A stretch of DNA of 64,000 nucleotides from positions 24,498 to 88,497 of the forward strand of contig JAAFKI010000154.1 of assembly GCA_021399345.1 (NCBI GenBank), written 5' to 3'. The position numbers were made by a program, and so were the translations under genes. The notes under the pieces were generated by a model that worked only from the letters and a program-made list of their open reading frames with translations, had not been told where the DNA came from and did not search any database. Source of the DNA: Candidatus Heimdallarchaeota archaeon. Its GTDB lineage: Archaea > Asgardarchaeota > Heimdallarchaeia > Heimdallarchaeales > Heimdallarchaeaceae. Of the stretch, positions 30,062 to 39,870 are shown in pieces (the first letter of the stretch is position 1; each line of letters begins with the position of its first letter).

Positions 30062-31045
30062 TTATCTAATACTCTCGTAATCAGCTACCCAGTCAGATGC
30101 TTCGTTTAATCTCTTTATTTCGTCTTCATCTAGTTTAACTTCTAAAGAAGCAACATTTTCTTCTAATTGCTCAACTGAATTAGCACCGATAATTGGGGCT
30201 GTTATGAAGTCCTTTGCTAGTATCCAAGCAATTGCAACTTGTGTCATCTTAACTTCCTTGCTCTTAGCAATTTCCTTTACTGTGTCATGTATTTTCCATC
30301 TCTTTTCAGTAAAGTATCTCTTCTGTGCCCCTTCACTTCTTGGAGTATCTGGAAGAGGACCATCAGAAGAATACCTGTCTGTTAGGAAACCACCAGCTAG
30401 AGGACTATAAGGAATGACACCAAGGCCAAATTTCTTGATTACATGTTCCATTTGATGTTCAACAAGCATTCTTCTGACAATACTGTAGGGTGGTTGAACT
30501 GTTTCAAAACGAGCATATCCATTCTTTTCGCTTACCCAGAAGGATTCTACCAACATCCAAGGATGTATATTTGATGCCCCTATGTAGTTTACTATTCCTT
30601 TTTCTACAAGTAGATTCATTGCATGTAATGTTTCTTCAATAGGTGTATCATTATCAAAACTATGAATCTGATAAAGGTCAATCCAATCAGTTTGCAATCT
30701 CTTAAGACTATTAGTAATTGCTTGATGTACGTGTCTTCGTGATAATCCTCGATCATTAATATCGTCAGACATGGCACCTCGAAGTTTAGTTGCAAGAATT
30801 AAATCATCTCTTGTACTCCTATCATTTAACCATCTTCCAATTATTTCTTCAGTTTTACCTGCATGGCTGTTTTCAGCCCAGTAACTGTAAACATCTGCAG
30901 TATCAAAACAATTGATACCTAATTCTAGAGCCCTATCCATTATCTTAAATGACTCTTCTTCGTCTACTCTCCATCCCATTTGCATAGTGCCTAGAACAAT
31001 AGGTGATACTTTTATCCCTGTTGTTCCCAATCTTCTGTATTCCAT
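30062..31045 (-). CDS. Aldo/keto reductase
   Basis: FDTADVY, LATK, SLKRLQTDWIDLYQIH, PYSPLAGG. Confidence 0.94.
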   Translation of the reverse strand: MEYRRLGTTGIKVSPIVLGTMQMGWRVDEEESFKIMDRALELGINCFDTADVYSYWAENSHAGKTEEIIGRWLNDRSTRDDLILATKLRGAMSDDINDRGLSRRHVHQAITNSLKRLQTDWIDLYQIHSFDNDTPIEETLHAMNLLVEKGIVNYIGASNIHPWMLVESFWVSEKNGYARFETVQPPYSIVRRMLVEHQMEHVIKKFGLGVIPYSPLAGGFLTDRYSSDGPLPDTPRSEGAQKRYFTEKRWKIHDTVKEIAKSKEVKMTQVAIAWILAKDFITAPIIGANSVEQLEENVASLEVKLDEDEIKRLNEASDWVADYESIR

Positions 31046-31089
31046 AATGAAAGTTAATACAAGTTAGTTAAAAGAATTGTTTTTCTCTC

Positions 31090-31332
31090 TTAAATAGAGA
31101 ATATTTTTTTAATTGTAACTAGAATCTTTGTTAGAAGAGTTTCTTGCTTTTCTCCTTTTACTGCTTCTTTTGCCCAGTAATCTTGTCTATCGTGAACTAA
31201 TCTGTGTTCACCTTTACAATGTGGGTGTAATGGCATTTTACATTTATTACAGATCGCCCAAGTTGCACCACAGGTCTTCTTTCCAGAATCTAAAGATTTT
31301 CCACAATGCCCACATTTTCCCATTAACGGCAT
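31090..31332 (-). CDS. Small Cys/His zinc-finger protein (start uncertain)
   Basis: CGHC...C...CNKC...HPHC..EH...H pattern; GGTGG upstream of MPLMGK. Confidence 0.55.
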   Translation of the reverse strand: MPLMGKCGHCGKSLDSGKKTCGATWAICNKCKMPLHPHCKGEHRLVHDRQDYWAKEAVKGEKQETLLTKILVTIKKIFSI

Positions 31333-31375
31333 AGGTGGATATGCACAACAAACACTTATCAATATAGCGCAGATA

Positions 31376-31867
31376 TTAGAGGTTTATTATCACATCTTTT
31401 GCTCTCTTTCCGCTCATGTATTCAATATCGATTTTTCCTACAGCAACTCTAGAAATAGATTTCTCAGTTAATTGTGCCTTTTCAACTTCTTCTGGTTTAT
31501 TATCTAGTTTCCTTATCATGGCTTGTAAAGCAGTTTTCTTCTCCTCAAAATCTTCAATGAAAGTAACTTTTCCTTTGAATTGAGTTGTAGCATAAAGATG
31601 ATCACAAGAACCTTGAACGTAGCCTTCATCCATAAGTGCTTGGCCCCAAATATTGTTGTTGTTCTTAAGAATATCAATTTTCTTCCCCTCACTGGCACAA
31701 TGGAAGTAAATACGATGTTGCTCAGGGTCATATCCATGACTTAAGGTCACTAAATAGGGAACATTGTCTTCACACATAGCAATAGTTATGTGTTTAACTG
31801 TTTGGAGAATGTATTTCATCTCTTCAATACTCTCTATTGCTTTTTCTTTACGTCTCATACCTCTCAT
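31376..31867 (-). CDS. Pyridoxamine 5'-phosphate oxidase/NimA-family flavin-binding protein
   Basis: MRRKEK, PYLVTLSHGY, IYFHCASEGKK, SGK. Confidence 0.85.
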   Translation of the reverse strand: MRGMRRKEKAIESIEEMKYILQTVKHITIAMCEDNVPYLVTLSHGYDPEQHRIYFHCASEGKKIDILKNNNNIWGQALMDEGYVQGSCDHLYATTQFKGKVTFIEDFEEKKTALQAMIRKLDNKPEEVEKAQLTEKSISRVAVGKIDIEYMSGKRAKDVIINL

Positions 31868-31931
31868 TTGAGTATCACTTGAAGAAAAAAATCTTCATAC
31901 GTTATATCTTTTTGGTAAAGGAGAAGAAAGT

Positions 31932-32007
31932 GAAGCTAGCAAGAGAAATGAAGGGGTGGAAGCAATGCGGAGGTGAAAATCACCAGGCAGATATATTAGC
32001 TAGCTTC
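31932..32007 (-). ncRNA. Candidate small RNA, panhandle family copy C
   Basis: Perfect GAAGCUAGC/GCUAGCUUC stem, TTTTTAAG box 21 nt upstream, pyrimidine tail; interior homologous to copy A. Confidence 0.6.
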
Positions 32008-32091
32008 AGAATAAATACTGGTTTTATGCTTAAAAACCTAAAAAGAAGAATTGCTAATTAAAGGCAATGAATAATTTGAAGAAAGAAAAAT

Positions 32092-32180
32092 TGGAGCCCA
32101 GAGCGTGACTTGAACACGCGACAACAGGATTTCTGAGAATTCTCTTCAGTCCTGCGCTCTCCCAGCTAAGCTATCTGGGC
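32092..32180 (-). tRNA. tRNA-Phe(GAA) with 13-nt intron at 37/38
   Basis: CAGGA-CT-GAA-G[AGAATTCTCAGAA]A-TCCTG; CUGA/UCAG central BHB helix; CCA end. Confidence 0.93.
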
Positions 32181-32300
32181 ATCCTTGTTATATCCTTTTT
32201 GTTCTTCTTCCCAATAAAAGTTTTTTGTTTCGTTTCTTTGTTTTTTTGTGAATGCTAACATATAATAATACCCAAGATTGACTTGATTTGATGATATATT

Positions 32301-32864
32301 ATGTCACAAGATCGTTATTATTCAAAAAAAGACTATAAAGGAGATTATTCTGCTTTTGGTACTGCTTTGGTTTTTACAATTGTTGGTATTGTGTCACTTG
32401 TTCTGAAGTACGCTGCCCCTGCCCATGATTTTTGGGGAATATCTAACTGGGGGTATTGGATGTTTATACCTGCCTTCTTCATTTTTATTGGAGCAATTAG
32501 TCATGTTGATGCTGATCGAAGGATGAGAAACAACGTTCTTGCATCTGTTCAGAATCGTAGTGGTGCAGTAAAAATAGAAAACTTGGCCTCTGAAGCAGGA
32601 GTCAAACCACAACAAATTCTACGAATTCTAGTTGATTTACGTGTAAGAAATAACATTAAGTATAGTTATGATGCTAATACAGGAGAGATTCTGTTAGGAG
32701 AAACAGTTTCATACGATAAAGCTCTTGAATTTGTTGCTCCCTTACCTAAGAAACAAGCTGAAGTTATCTTTCCCTCTGAAAAGGGAAGTTACTGTCCTTA
32801 CTGTGGTCACAAACCTCCTGAAGGGTCTAAGTTCTGCGAAAGCTGCGGCTCTAACCTTGCTTAA
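32301..32864 (+). CDS. Membrane protein with winged-helix-like region and C-terminal zinc ribbon
   Basis: Two TM helices; CPYCG...FCESCG. Confidence 0.75.
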   Translation: MSQDRYYSKKDYKGDYSAFGTALVFTIVGIVSLVLKYAAPAHDFWGISNWGYWMFIPAFFIFIGAISHVDADRRMRNNVLASVQNRSGAVKIENLASEAGVKPQQILRILVDLRVRNNIKYSYDANTGEILLGETVSYDKALEFVAPLPKKQAEVIFPSEKGSYCPYCGHKPPEGSKFCESCGSNLA

Positions 32865-32886
32865 AACTCCTTTTTCTTCATTTTTT

Positions 32887-33819
32887 TTATTTGTGGAAAG
32901 TTAAATGAACAACATCGTTATCATGTAGTTCGTAAGTTATTCCAACCCTTTTTTTTCTTCCAGTTGGACCACCTTCAAGGATTACAGCATCTTTGAATAT
33001 GTCTATTTTGCTTTTACTTATTTTGTTTACAACATCTTCAACTATCACTGTATCGTTGAAAAACACTACAGGTTGATCTTGAATTTCATTAAATGAGTTC
33101 ATAGTGAATATCCTTATTGGTTTGCTAATTTCAAACATGGTTTTCTTTATTTCATCAAGATTATTAACAAACACATTCTTCAAATTGTTATAGGATATAA
33201 GGCCTAAATTTTCCTTTTTTACCAAAAAAGTTGGAATTCTTCTTGGACTGGTTTGAGCAAAACCATCACCCAACCTTTTCTCGATTAATTCAATATTCTG
33301 CTCCTCTAACTCAGATAACACTATTGTAAAATCTTCAAAAGATTTACCTAGAATTAATAGGCAATCTGTAGAGTGTACTAACGCTAGAGTCGATTTGTCG
33401 TAAATCCAACCTCCTTCGCTTATTGCAGGAAGCTCTACAAGTTGGAATTTTATTCCTTCATATTCTAAGGCACCATATTGTGGTTCTGTTGTAGTGTATT
33501 CATAGTCTCCTACAGGGATTTCAGTGCCGCATAGATTGTTAATCAAAGTACTTTTACCACTATTTGTTGTACCTATTACAAGGATTTGCGGTGTTTCTTT
33601 TTTGGTTTTAGTGCTTTTTCGGGAAGCTTTTTTTGCTTGTTCTACTATCTCGATTTCATTTAATTCGCGTCTTAGTTTATCCTTTATTTTCCTATAGTCT
33701 CCTACATCCCATTGTATTTCCTTTAGTATTTTTCTGATTTCTTTTGCTCTTTCTTCCCCTACTTTTCCTTTTAGAGCATCGTTTATTTCTTCATTAATTA
33801 CGCTATAGGGTTTAGGCAT
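32887..33819 (-). CDS. DRG/OBG-like GTPase with TGS domain, degenerate G3/G4 (start likely MPKPY)
   Basis: GTTNSGKST, YEYTT, QLVELPA, RVGITYELHDNDVV. Confidence 0.78.
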   Translation of the reverse strand: MPKPYSVINEEINDALKGKVGEERAKEIRKILKEIQWDVGDYRKIKDKLRRELNEIEIVEQAKKASRKSTKTKKETPQILVIGTTNSGKSTLINNLCGTEIPVGDYEYTTTEPQYGALEYEGIKFQLVELPAISEGGWIYDKSTLALVHSTDCLLILGKSFEDFTIVLSELEEQNIELIEKRLGDGFAQTSPRRIPTFLVKKENLGLISYNNLKNVFVNNLDEIKKTMFEISKPIRIFTMNSFNEIQDQPVVFFNDTVIVEDVVNKISKSKIDIFKDAVILEGGPTGRKKRVGITYELHDNDVVHLTFHK

Positions 33820-33865
33820 TGTCCACGACCTGTTTTCATTTTGATATGTCTTGTTTGAGTGCTTA

Positions 33866-34738
33866 TTAACTTTCTTTCTCAATAGCTTTTGATACTAATC
33901 TTCCACTCAATTCCCAGAGATAATCTTGATTTTCTATAACTTTAGTCATTTTTGCAGTTTTTGTTTCCTTGCAGTCAGTAAGATATTTTCCAGTTACACC
34001 TTCTAAATCATTTGAAGCAGCTGCATAAACTGAAGTCTCTGCACCTTGTTCAGGAGTTCGACGATTAGGTATTAGATTCGACATTGTATTCATCCATTTT
34101 GGAAGTCCTTCTGTTGTCAATTGTGTCTTAATATGTCCCGGATTTACTGTAAATGCTGATACTCCCGTTCCTTCTAATTCTCTTACTAACTTATTGGTAA
34201 AAAGAACCATAGCTGTTTTAGAATTACTATAGGCTTGTTGTCCACTATATCTTTTTTCCAGTAATGGATCTTTCAATTTTATTTTGAAGAATTTGTGTAT
34301 ATCAGAAGAGAGATTTACAATCCTAGAGGGAGAACTCTTCCTCAACAACGGAAGCAAAAGCTTGGTTAGATAGAAGTGAGCTAAATAATTTACTGCAAAA
34401 GTGAGTTCAAATCCATCCTCAGTTACAGTTCTCTTCATTCGGAAAACTCCCGCATTATTTATCAGAACATGTAAACTTGAGTATTTCTTTAGAAACTCAT
34501 CAGTAAACTGTTTTACTTCATTTAATGATGATAAATCACAGATTAGAAGATCAACATTCTGATTATTAGTTTTTTGAATAATTTCCTTACGAGCTGCTTC
34601 TCCTTTTTCTAGATTACGACAAACCATTACTAAATGAGCTCCTAGAGCAGCTATCTTTCTTGCTGTTTCTTTTCCAATACCTGTATTTGCTCCAGTTATC
34701 ATGCAAGTTTTCCCATTTATCCAAGAGTTATTCGGCAC
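33866..34738 (-). CDS. Short-chain dehydrogenase (retinol dehydrogenase-like)
   Basis: ITGANTGIG, LINNAG, AYSNSK. Confidence 0.92.
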   Translation of the reverse strand: MPNNSWINGKTCMITGANTGIGKETARKIAALGAHLVMVCRNLEKGEAARKEIIQKTNNQNVDLLICDLSSLNEVKQFTDEFLKKYSSLHVLINNAGVFRMKRTVTEDGFELTFAVNYLAHFYLTKLLLPLLRKSSPSRIVNLSSDIHKFFKIKLKDPLLEKRYSGQQAYSNSKTAMVLFTNKLVRELEGTGVSAFTVNPGHIKTQLTTEGLPKWMNTMSNLIPNRRTPEQGAETSVYAAASNDLEGVTGKYLTDCKETKTAKMTKVIENQDYLWELSGRLVSKAIEKES

Positions 34739-34822
34739 AATATCACATCATAAAATGTTTCTGTACATTTATACCTATACGTTCAAGTAAAAACTTTATC
34801 CGAATCTTTTATTAATAACTCA

Positions 34823-36043
34823 ATGTCTACTCTTTTCATGAGTTCAGAAAAATCAAAAGTCTATTTCGGTTCTGTTCAACATGGAAGAAATTCCGCTTTT
34901 GCTTCTTTTGCTGCAAAGGTTGACAAAATCACAGAACTTTTACTTGAAGAAACACCCATTGAGAAGAAGGATAAGGTTGCTGTTAAAATGCACCTTGGTT
35001 TCAACGATGGTTATCAAACTGTTCCTGTTTTTTTTGTTCGTAAAATAGTAGAAGCTGTTAAAAAACGAGGGGGATATCCCTTTGTTACAGATAATCCCAC
35101 TTCTGTTTATAATGCGGTCAACAGAGGGTACACTCAAGAGACATGTGGTTGTCCTATTATTCCAATAGCAGGTGTAAAAGATGGTTATACTACTCCTGTA
35201 GAAGTTAATTACAAAGGAATAGATACACTAGATCTTGCTGGAGCTTTGAAAGACGCAGATGTTTTAGTTGATTTGTCCCATGCTAAAGGTCATGGAGCTT
35301 GTGGTTATGGTGGTGCAATCAAAAATCTAGCCCTTGGTGGTTATTCAGGTCCAACCCGTTGGAGGAAAATCCATGGGGCATCCCACGTTGATGAATATTG
35401 GGACAAAGCTAAAGGCAATCCAGAACTAGCAAAGAAGCTTGTTGAATCATGTCCTTACGGTGCCCTTCGATATGATGAAGAAAAGGATGACCTCAAAAGA
35501 AATTATCACGACTGTCGCCAATGTATGACCTGTTTACAAGTTGATGGAGGTCTAGGAGCCGTTAAACTTCCACGTGAAAGCTATACTGCATTTAATGAAA
35601 TGATGGCAATCGCAACAAATGAAGTATTGAAAACCTTTGATCCTGCCAAAGTAATGTATATCAATTTCTTGACACAAATAACCATTTATTGCGATTGTAT
35701 GGGTTTAGGCCAACCACCATTTATTAATGATATTGGTGTTGTTGGCAGCAAGGATATTGTTGCAGTTGAAACAGCCACACTTGATTTAATCAAAAAGGAA
35801 GAAATAATAGAGAAAAACATTCCTCCTTACTTCAAACATGTCAACCTTAATCCCGATGAAGATCTTCACCCATTCACAAGAGTTCATGGACCATACAAAG
35901 ATCCTTACGAAACAGTTGTTTTCGCAGAAAAACTGGGCTTGGGTACTTCCAAGTATGAATTAATTGAAATCTTATCTGCTGAAGAAACGATAAAGATGAA
36001 ACCTCCAGACAAAGTGTTTGAAGGCGAACCCACCTTCTTTTAA
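34823..36043 (+). CDS. DUF362 Fe-S cluster protein
   Basis: VKMHLG, SHAKGH..GYGGAIKNL, CRQCMTC, CDC, DIVAVE. Confidence 0.82.
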   Translation: MSTLFMSSEKSKVYFGSVQHGRNSAFASFAAKVDKITELLLEETPIEKKDKVAVKMHLGFNDGYQTVPVFFVRKIVEAVKKRGGYPFVTDNPTSVYNAVNRGYTQETCGCPIIPIAGVKDGYTTPVEVNYKGIDTLDLAGALKDADVLVDLSHAKGHGACGYGGAIKNLALGGYSGPTRWRKIHGASHVDEYWDKAKGNPELAKKLVESCPYGALRYDEEKDDLKRNYHDCRQCMTCLQVDGGLGAVKLPRESYTAFNEMMAIATNEVLKTFDPAKVMYINFLTQITIYCDCMGLGQPPFINDIGVVGSKDIVAVETATLDLIKKEEIIEKNIPPYFKHVNLNPDEDLHPFTRVHGPYKDPYETVVFAEKLGLGTSKYELIEILSAEETIKMKPPDKVFEGEPTFF

Positions 36044-36056
36044 TTTTAATCTTTCT

Positions 36057-36440
36057 TTATTTTTCCTTTTTCTTTCCAAGCCATGTTGCAATTAAATCAG
36101 TTATAGGACCATAAGCTATACCTGCCACAAAGGTTGTAAAGCTGAGATGAGGATCCATTAGCAGAACAGCTGCAGAAGTAATTAAACCAAAAATTGTTCC
36201 TCTAATTCCAGCATTTAACCATTTTTGCCATTGTTCTCCTTTGATAATTGTTATTCCATCAGCTAATCCAATGAGCATTCCTAAAACAACTCTCATTGCC
36301 CAAATACCCATAAGGTAAACAATATTTTCAGCATAAGTTCCAGGAATACGTTGTCCCACACCAATTATACAAGCTACTCCTAATATGGCGCCAGTAAGTG
36401 TAGATATCCAAAGACGTTTGTAATTAACCATTTTTCTCAA
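36057..36440 (-). CDS. Hypothetical membrane protein
   Basis: Four Gly-rich hydrophobic helices. Confidence 0.7.
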   Translation of the reverse strand: MRKMVNYKRLWISTLTGAILGVACIIGVGQRIPGTYAENIVYLMGIWAMRVVLGMLIGLADGITIIKGEQWQKWLNAGIRGTIFGLITSAAVLLMDPHLSFTTFVAGIAYGPITDLIATWLGKKKEK

Positions 36441-36550
36441 CTTTACTTTATTGAAAGTAGCATAAAAATTCTACGTATAGACAAGAGTTTACAAAAGAGC
36501 TTGCAAGTCACATCGAATATTTTTTAAATCTTCATTACACTTTTGACCAA

Positions 36551-37489
36551 GTGAGCAAAATGGATTTGAAAGGTAGATCACTTCTATCATTAGAGGATTT
36601 CACAGCAGATGAAATCCGTTTTCTTCTAGATGAATCTAAACGTTTGAAAGCTGATTTTAAGGCTTATAAAAGAACTAAACCACTTTCTGGTTTAACTTTG
36701 GGGATGATTTTCCAGAAACGTTCAACTCGTACTAGAGTTTCAACAGAGGTTGCAATGTATAACCTAGGAGGGCATGCAATTTTCCTGAGTTCAGCAGATA
36801 TTCAACTAGGCGCCGGTGAATCTATTAAGGACACATCCCGTGTTCTTGCAAGAATGGTTAACGGCATACTTGCGCGAGTTTATGCACATGAAGATGTTGC
36901 AGAGTTAGCTAAACATTCTACTGTTCCAGTTATCAATGCACTCTCAGATAAATACCATCCTCTCCAGATTCTTGCTGATCTTCTTACTATTGAAGAACAT
37001 AAAGGCAAACTAGCTGGTTTAAAACTTGCATGGGTTGGTGATGGAAATAATGTTTGTAATTCATTATTAATTGGATGTGCAAAGATGGGTTTAAACATGT
37101 CAGTAGCTACACCAAAAGGTTACGAACCACCTAGTGATATTGTGGGAAATGCTGAACATTATGCAGAGGAAACTGGTGCCGAAATCACAATAACCAATGA
37201 TGCTATTGCAGCAGTAACAAATGCAGATGTTGTTGTAACAGATACATTCATCTCTATGGGAGAAGAAAAGGAAGCAGCAGCTAAGCTCAAGGCTTTTGAG
37301 AACTATGTTATCACCGAGGAACTTTGTGCTAACGCTAAATCTGATTATCTCTTTATGCACTGTTTACCCTACAAACATAAAGAAGCAACAGAAGAAGTTT
37401 TTGAAAGTGGAAATAGTGTAGTTTTTGATGAAGCTGAAAATAGATTACATACAGTTATGGCTGTTCTAAACGCTTTAATGGGAAGTTAA
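36551..37489 (+). CDS. argF: Ornithine carbamoyltransferase
   Basis: STRTR, HPLQ, GDGNNV, SMG, HCLP, AENR. Confidence 0.95.
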   Translation: MSKMDLKGRSLLSLEDFTADEIRFLLDESKRLKADFKAYKRTKPLSGLTLGMIFQKRSTRTRVSTEVAMYNLGGHAIFLSSADIQLGAGESIKDTSRVLARMVNGILARVYAHEDVAELAKHSTVPVINALSDKYHPLQILADLLTIEEHKGKLAGLKLAWVGDGNNVCNSLLIGCAKMGLNMSVATPKGYEPPSDIVGNAEHYAEETGAEITITNDAIAAVTNADVVVTDTFISMGEEKEAAAKLKAFENYVITEELCANAKSDYLFMHCLPYKHKEATEEVFESGNSVVFDEAENRLHTVMAVLNALMGS

Positions 37490-37563
37490 AATTCCTCCTT
37501 TTTTTCATATTTTTAAACCATTTTCATAAACCATAATTAACTCAACTACATTGTTTTATACTG

Positions 37564-37655
37564 TCAACTTCTCAAAACAGAATATAGGTTGAGATGGAGG
37601 AAGCTAGCAAAAAGTGCCTTTATGAGAATTATGTTAACGTTGTCTTGCTAGCCTC
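37564..37655 (-). ncRNA. Candidate small RNA, panhandle family copy B
   Basis: GAGGCUAGCAA/UUGCUAGCUUC 11-bp stem, TTTTTAAA box 22 nt upstream, 3' region homologous to copy A. Confidence 0.6.
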
Positions 37656-37708
37656 AAATATATAATATCGATAATTGTTTAAAAACACAAAAAAAAGTGA
37701 CATATAAA

Positions 37709-37891
37709 TCATCCAAAGAGGTTTTCAAAAGAAACTTGAGTCCAGTCTATTAAACTCATTATAATACCAAAAATAATTGCAAAAATGAGTATAGCTATGC
37801 CAATTAGCAAGATCTCCTCTAAGATAGGGCCACCTTTTTTGTTCTTCAATCTTAAACTTTTCAACATTCGAAAGAGTAACATTTTAGTCAA
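37709..37891 (-). CDS. Small class III signal peptide (pilin-like) protein
   Basis: KNKKG^GPILE (E at +5) followed by a long hydrophobic helix. Confidence 0.6.
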   Translation of the reverse strand: MTKMLLFRMLKSLRLKNKKGGPILEEILLIGIAILIFAIIFGIIMSLIDWTQVSFENLFG

Positions 37892-37967
37892 AGGTAGTAC
37901 TCAAGGTTAATATTTAAACTCAACAAAATATTGAAAGAAAGAAATGAATCTTATAAAGCAACCTTTG

Positions 37968-38852
37968 TCATGAAGTAACAATCTGTAATTCTGTTTCAAC
38001 AACTTCTTTTTCTGATGTAAGTTCTCTATCTGTTACATGTTTCCCCGCAATTATCTGTGATGCAATACCTGAAACAACCTTCTTTTTGATTTTCTTAGAA
38101 CGTTTTGTTATCCAGATTAATGGTCTAAACATCTTTGGTCGTATGAGGTTTTCTTTTGGTTTTAGTATAAGTTTAACAATTTCTTGAGCCAATTTTGCAA
38201 CTTTATATCCTTTGAACGATGTTTTTCCAATATTCGCTACTTGGTTAAATTCAGTATTATAAGGTCCTGGTAAAACAGTTGAAACCAATATTCCATGTCC
38301 TAGCATTTCTTCTCTTATACAATCATCAAATATTTTTACAGCTGATTTGGTGGCAGAGTAAACAGCGAATGGATATGTTGGAAGCATTGCCAAGGTAGAA
38401 GATAAATTGATAATGTGCCCATGCCCTTGTTCTTTCATCACTTTTGCAGCTTTTTGAGTTAGTTTGATTAAAGAAACAATGTTTGTATCTATTAGTTCAT
38501 TAATTTCTTCCTCAGGTTGTTCTAGAAACAGATTTACTTTTCCTAATCCCGCATTATTAATGAAAACATCAATCGAACCAAAGGCTGTTATTGAAAAATC
38601 TATAATTCTATTTCTATCATCACTGTCTCTAACATCAGCTGTTATTGGTAATACTTTCAGACCTAGTCTTCTCAGATCCTTTGCTGTCTGCATTAATTTT
38701 TTCTTTCTTCTTGCAACAATCACTATTTTTGGTTTATGTTCTGCCAAAGCAAGTGATACTGCTTTTCCTATTCCAGAAGAAGCTCCTGTAATAACTACCA
38801 CTTTATCTCGAATAGGAGAATCCTTTACCTCTTTTACCCTAACATTATGCAT
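37968..38852 (-). CDS. Short-chain dehydrogenase/reductase
   Basis: ITGASSGIG, INNAG, YSATK. Confidence 0.92.
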   Translation of the reverse strand: MHNVRVKEVKDSPIRDKVVVITGASSGIGKAVSLALAEHKPKIVIVARRKKKLMQTAKDLRRLGLKVLPITADVRDSDDRNRIIDFSITAFGSIDVFINNAGLGKVNLFLEQPEEEINELIDTNIVSLIKLTQKAAKVMKEQGHGHIINLSSTLAMLPTYPFAVYSATKSAVKIFDDCIREEMLGHGILVSTVLPGPYNTEFNQVANIGKTSFKGYKVAKLAQEIVKLILKPKENLIRPKMFRPLIWITKRSKKIKKKVVSGIASQIIAGKHVTDRELTSEKEVVETELQIVTS

Positions 38853-38945
38853 AATATCAGTAATGTTTCTAAAAAATTCTATAAAAACCCAAAAAATACG
38901 CTTAAGGGGTCAATGGTACAGAAATCGATCTTTGCTTTCAAAAAT

Positions 38946-39800
38946 TTAAATGAGTACGTGCTCTTTTCCTAAATCTTCCAACATTTCAATTGTATTCTTT
39001 CTTTGTTCTGATCTTGCTCCTTTCTTATCTATCAATGCTCCCACAGGTGATTCAATTGTTTTTTCAAACGCCTGTTTTAGAACATCTTTTGTCAAATCAT
39101 CCAAAGAATGTTTAGCTGCTATGTGACTAATAAAGACATCTGGATTTTCCATCAGATATTTGTGAAAGCGGTAAGCATAGTGATTTCCCCCAATTCCAAT
39201 GTAACTTCGATTATCAAAATTTCCTCGCTGTATAAAACCTTGAGCTGTTTCAACTATAGCTTCAGCTACAGCCGTGGCACCTGTTTCATGCACCCAATAT
39301 TCTTCACTACTGCCGAGTTCCATGAAAATAAGAGGGGTTGTTAATTTTGTAGGACCATGATGAGTTACTTCTAGGTCTACCTTAAATTCATCTAGTTTGA
39401 ATTCTTCTTGTTTCTCTTTTAATTTCCTCAACCCGTAGTTCAAAGCCCAGCTTGAAGTGTAGGAAAGCTCAGATTCTCTACCTGCTAAAGTGATTTTTGA
39501 CCAATTTCCGGTAGGATGTATTAATAGTGCTGGTGTTCCAGAAGCTGCTCTATGTCTACTTGCAAATATGTATAAGTCAGCATTCATTCCTTCATCCAGA
39601 TGACTTGATTCTACGCCATCCCTCTTTGTATGGATCAATTTTATGTCAATGGGGTTTTGTTTAAGTGAATAGACAGGATTGCCATCAAAACTTTCATCTG
39701 TTTCTTTGAAGAATGATTGCTGATTCAAAACGTGCCACATTGTTTGAGCTGCTTGATCTTCTTCAGGAACTATTATGGCTACTTTTGTATTTATGGTCAA
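38946..39800 (-). CDS. dtdA: D-aminoacyl-tRNA deacylase (archaeal DTD2)
   Basis: FASRH, HPTGNW, EVTHHGP, FMELGS, GIGGNHY. Confidence 0.9.
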   Translation of the reverse strand: MTINTKVAIIVPEEDQAAQTMWHVLNQQSFFKETDESFDGNPVYSLKQNPIDIKLIHTKRDGVESSHLDEGMNADLYIFASRHRAASGTPALLIHPTGNWSKITLAGRESELSYTSSWALNYGLRKLKEKQEEFKLDEFKVDLEVTHHGPTKLTTPLIFMELGSSEEYWVHETGATAVAEAIVETAQGFIQRGNFDNRSYIGIGGNHYAYRFHKYLMENPDVFISHIAAKHSLDDLTKDVLKQAFEKTIESPVGALIDKKGARSEQRKNTIEMLEDLGKEHVLI

Positions 39801-39870
39801 AAGTCACACTTCTTTCTATGTTAAGCAAAAGCAGTTAATGTGCTATAAAAATTTAGAGTAAGATAGAAAA

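Noticed and set aside
31837-32061. 74-aa ORF over panhandle copy C
   Set aside because: No motif or RBS, overlaps a gene start; the region is better explained as a minus-strand RNA
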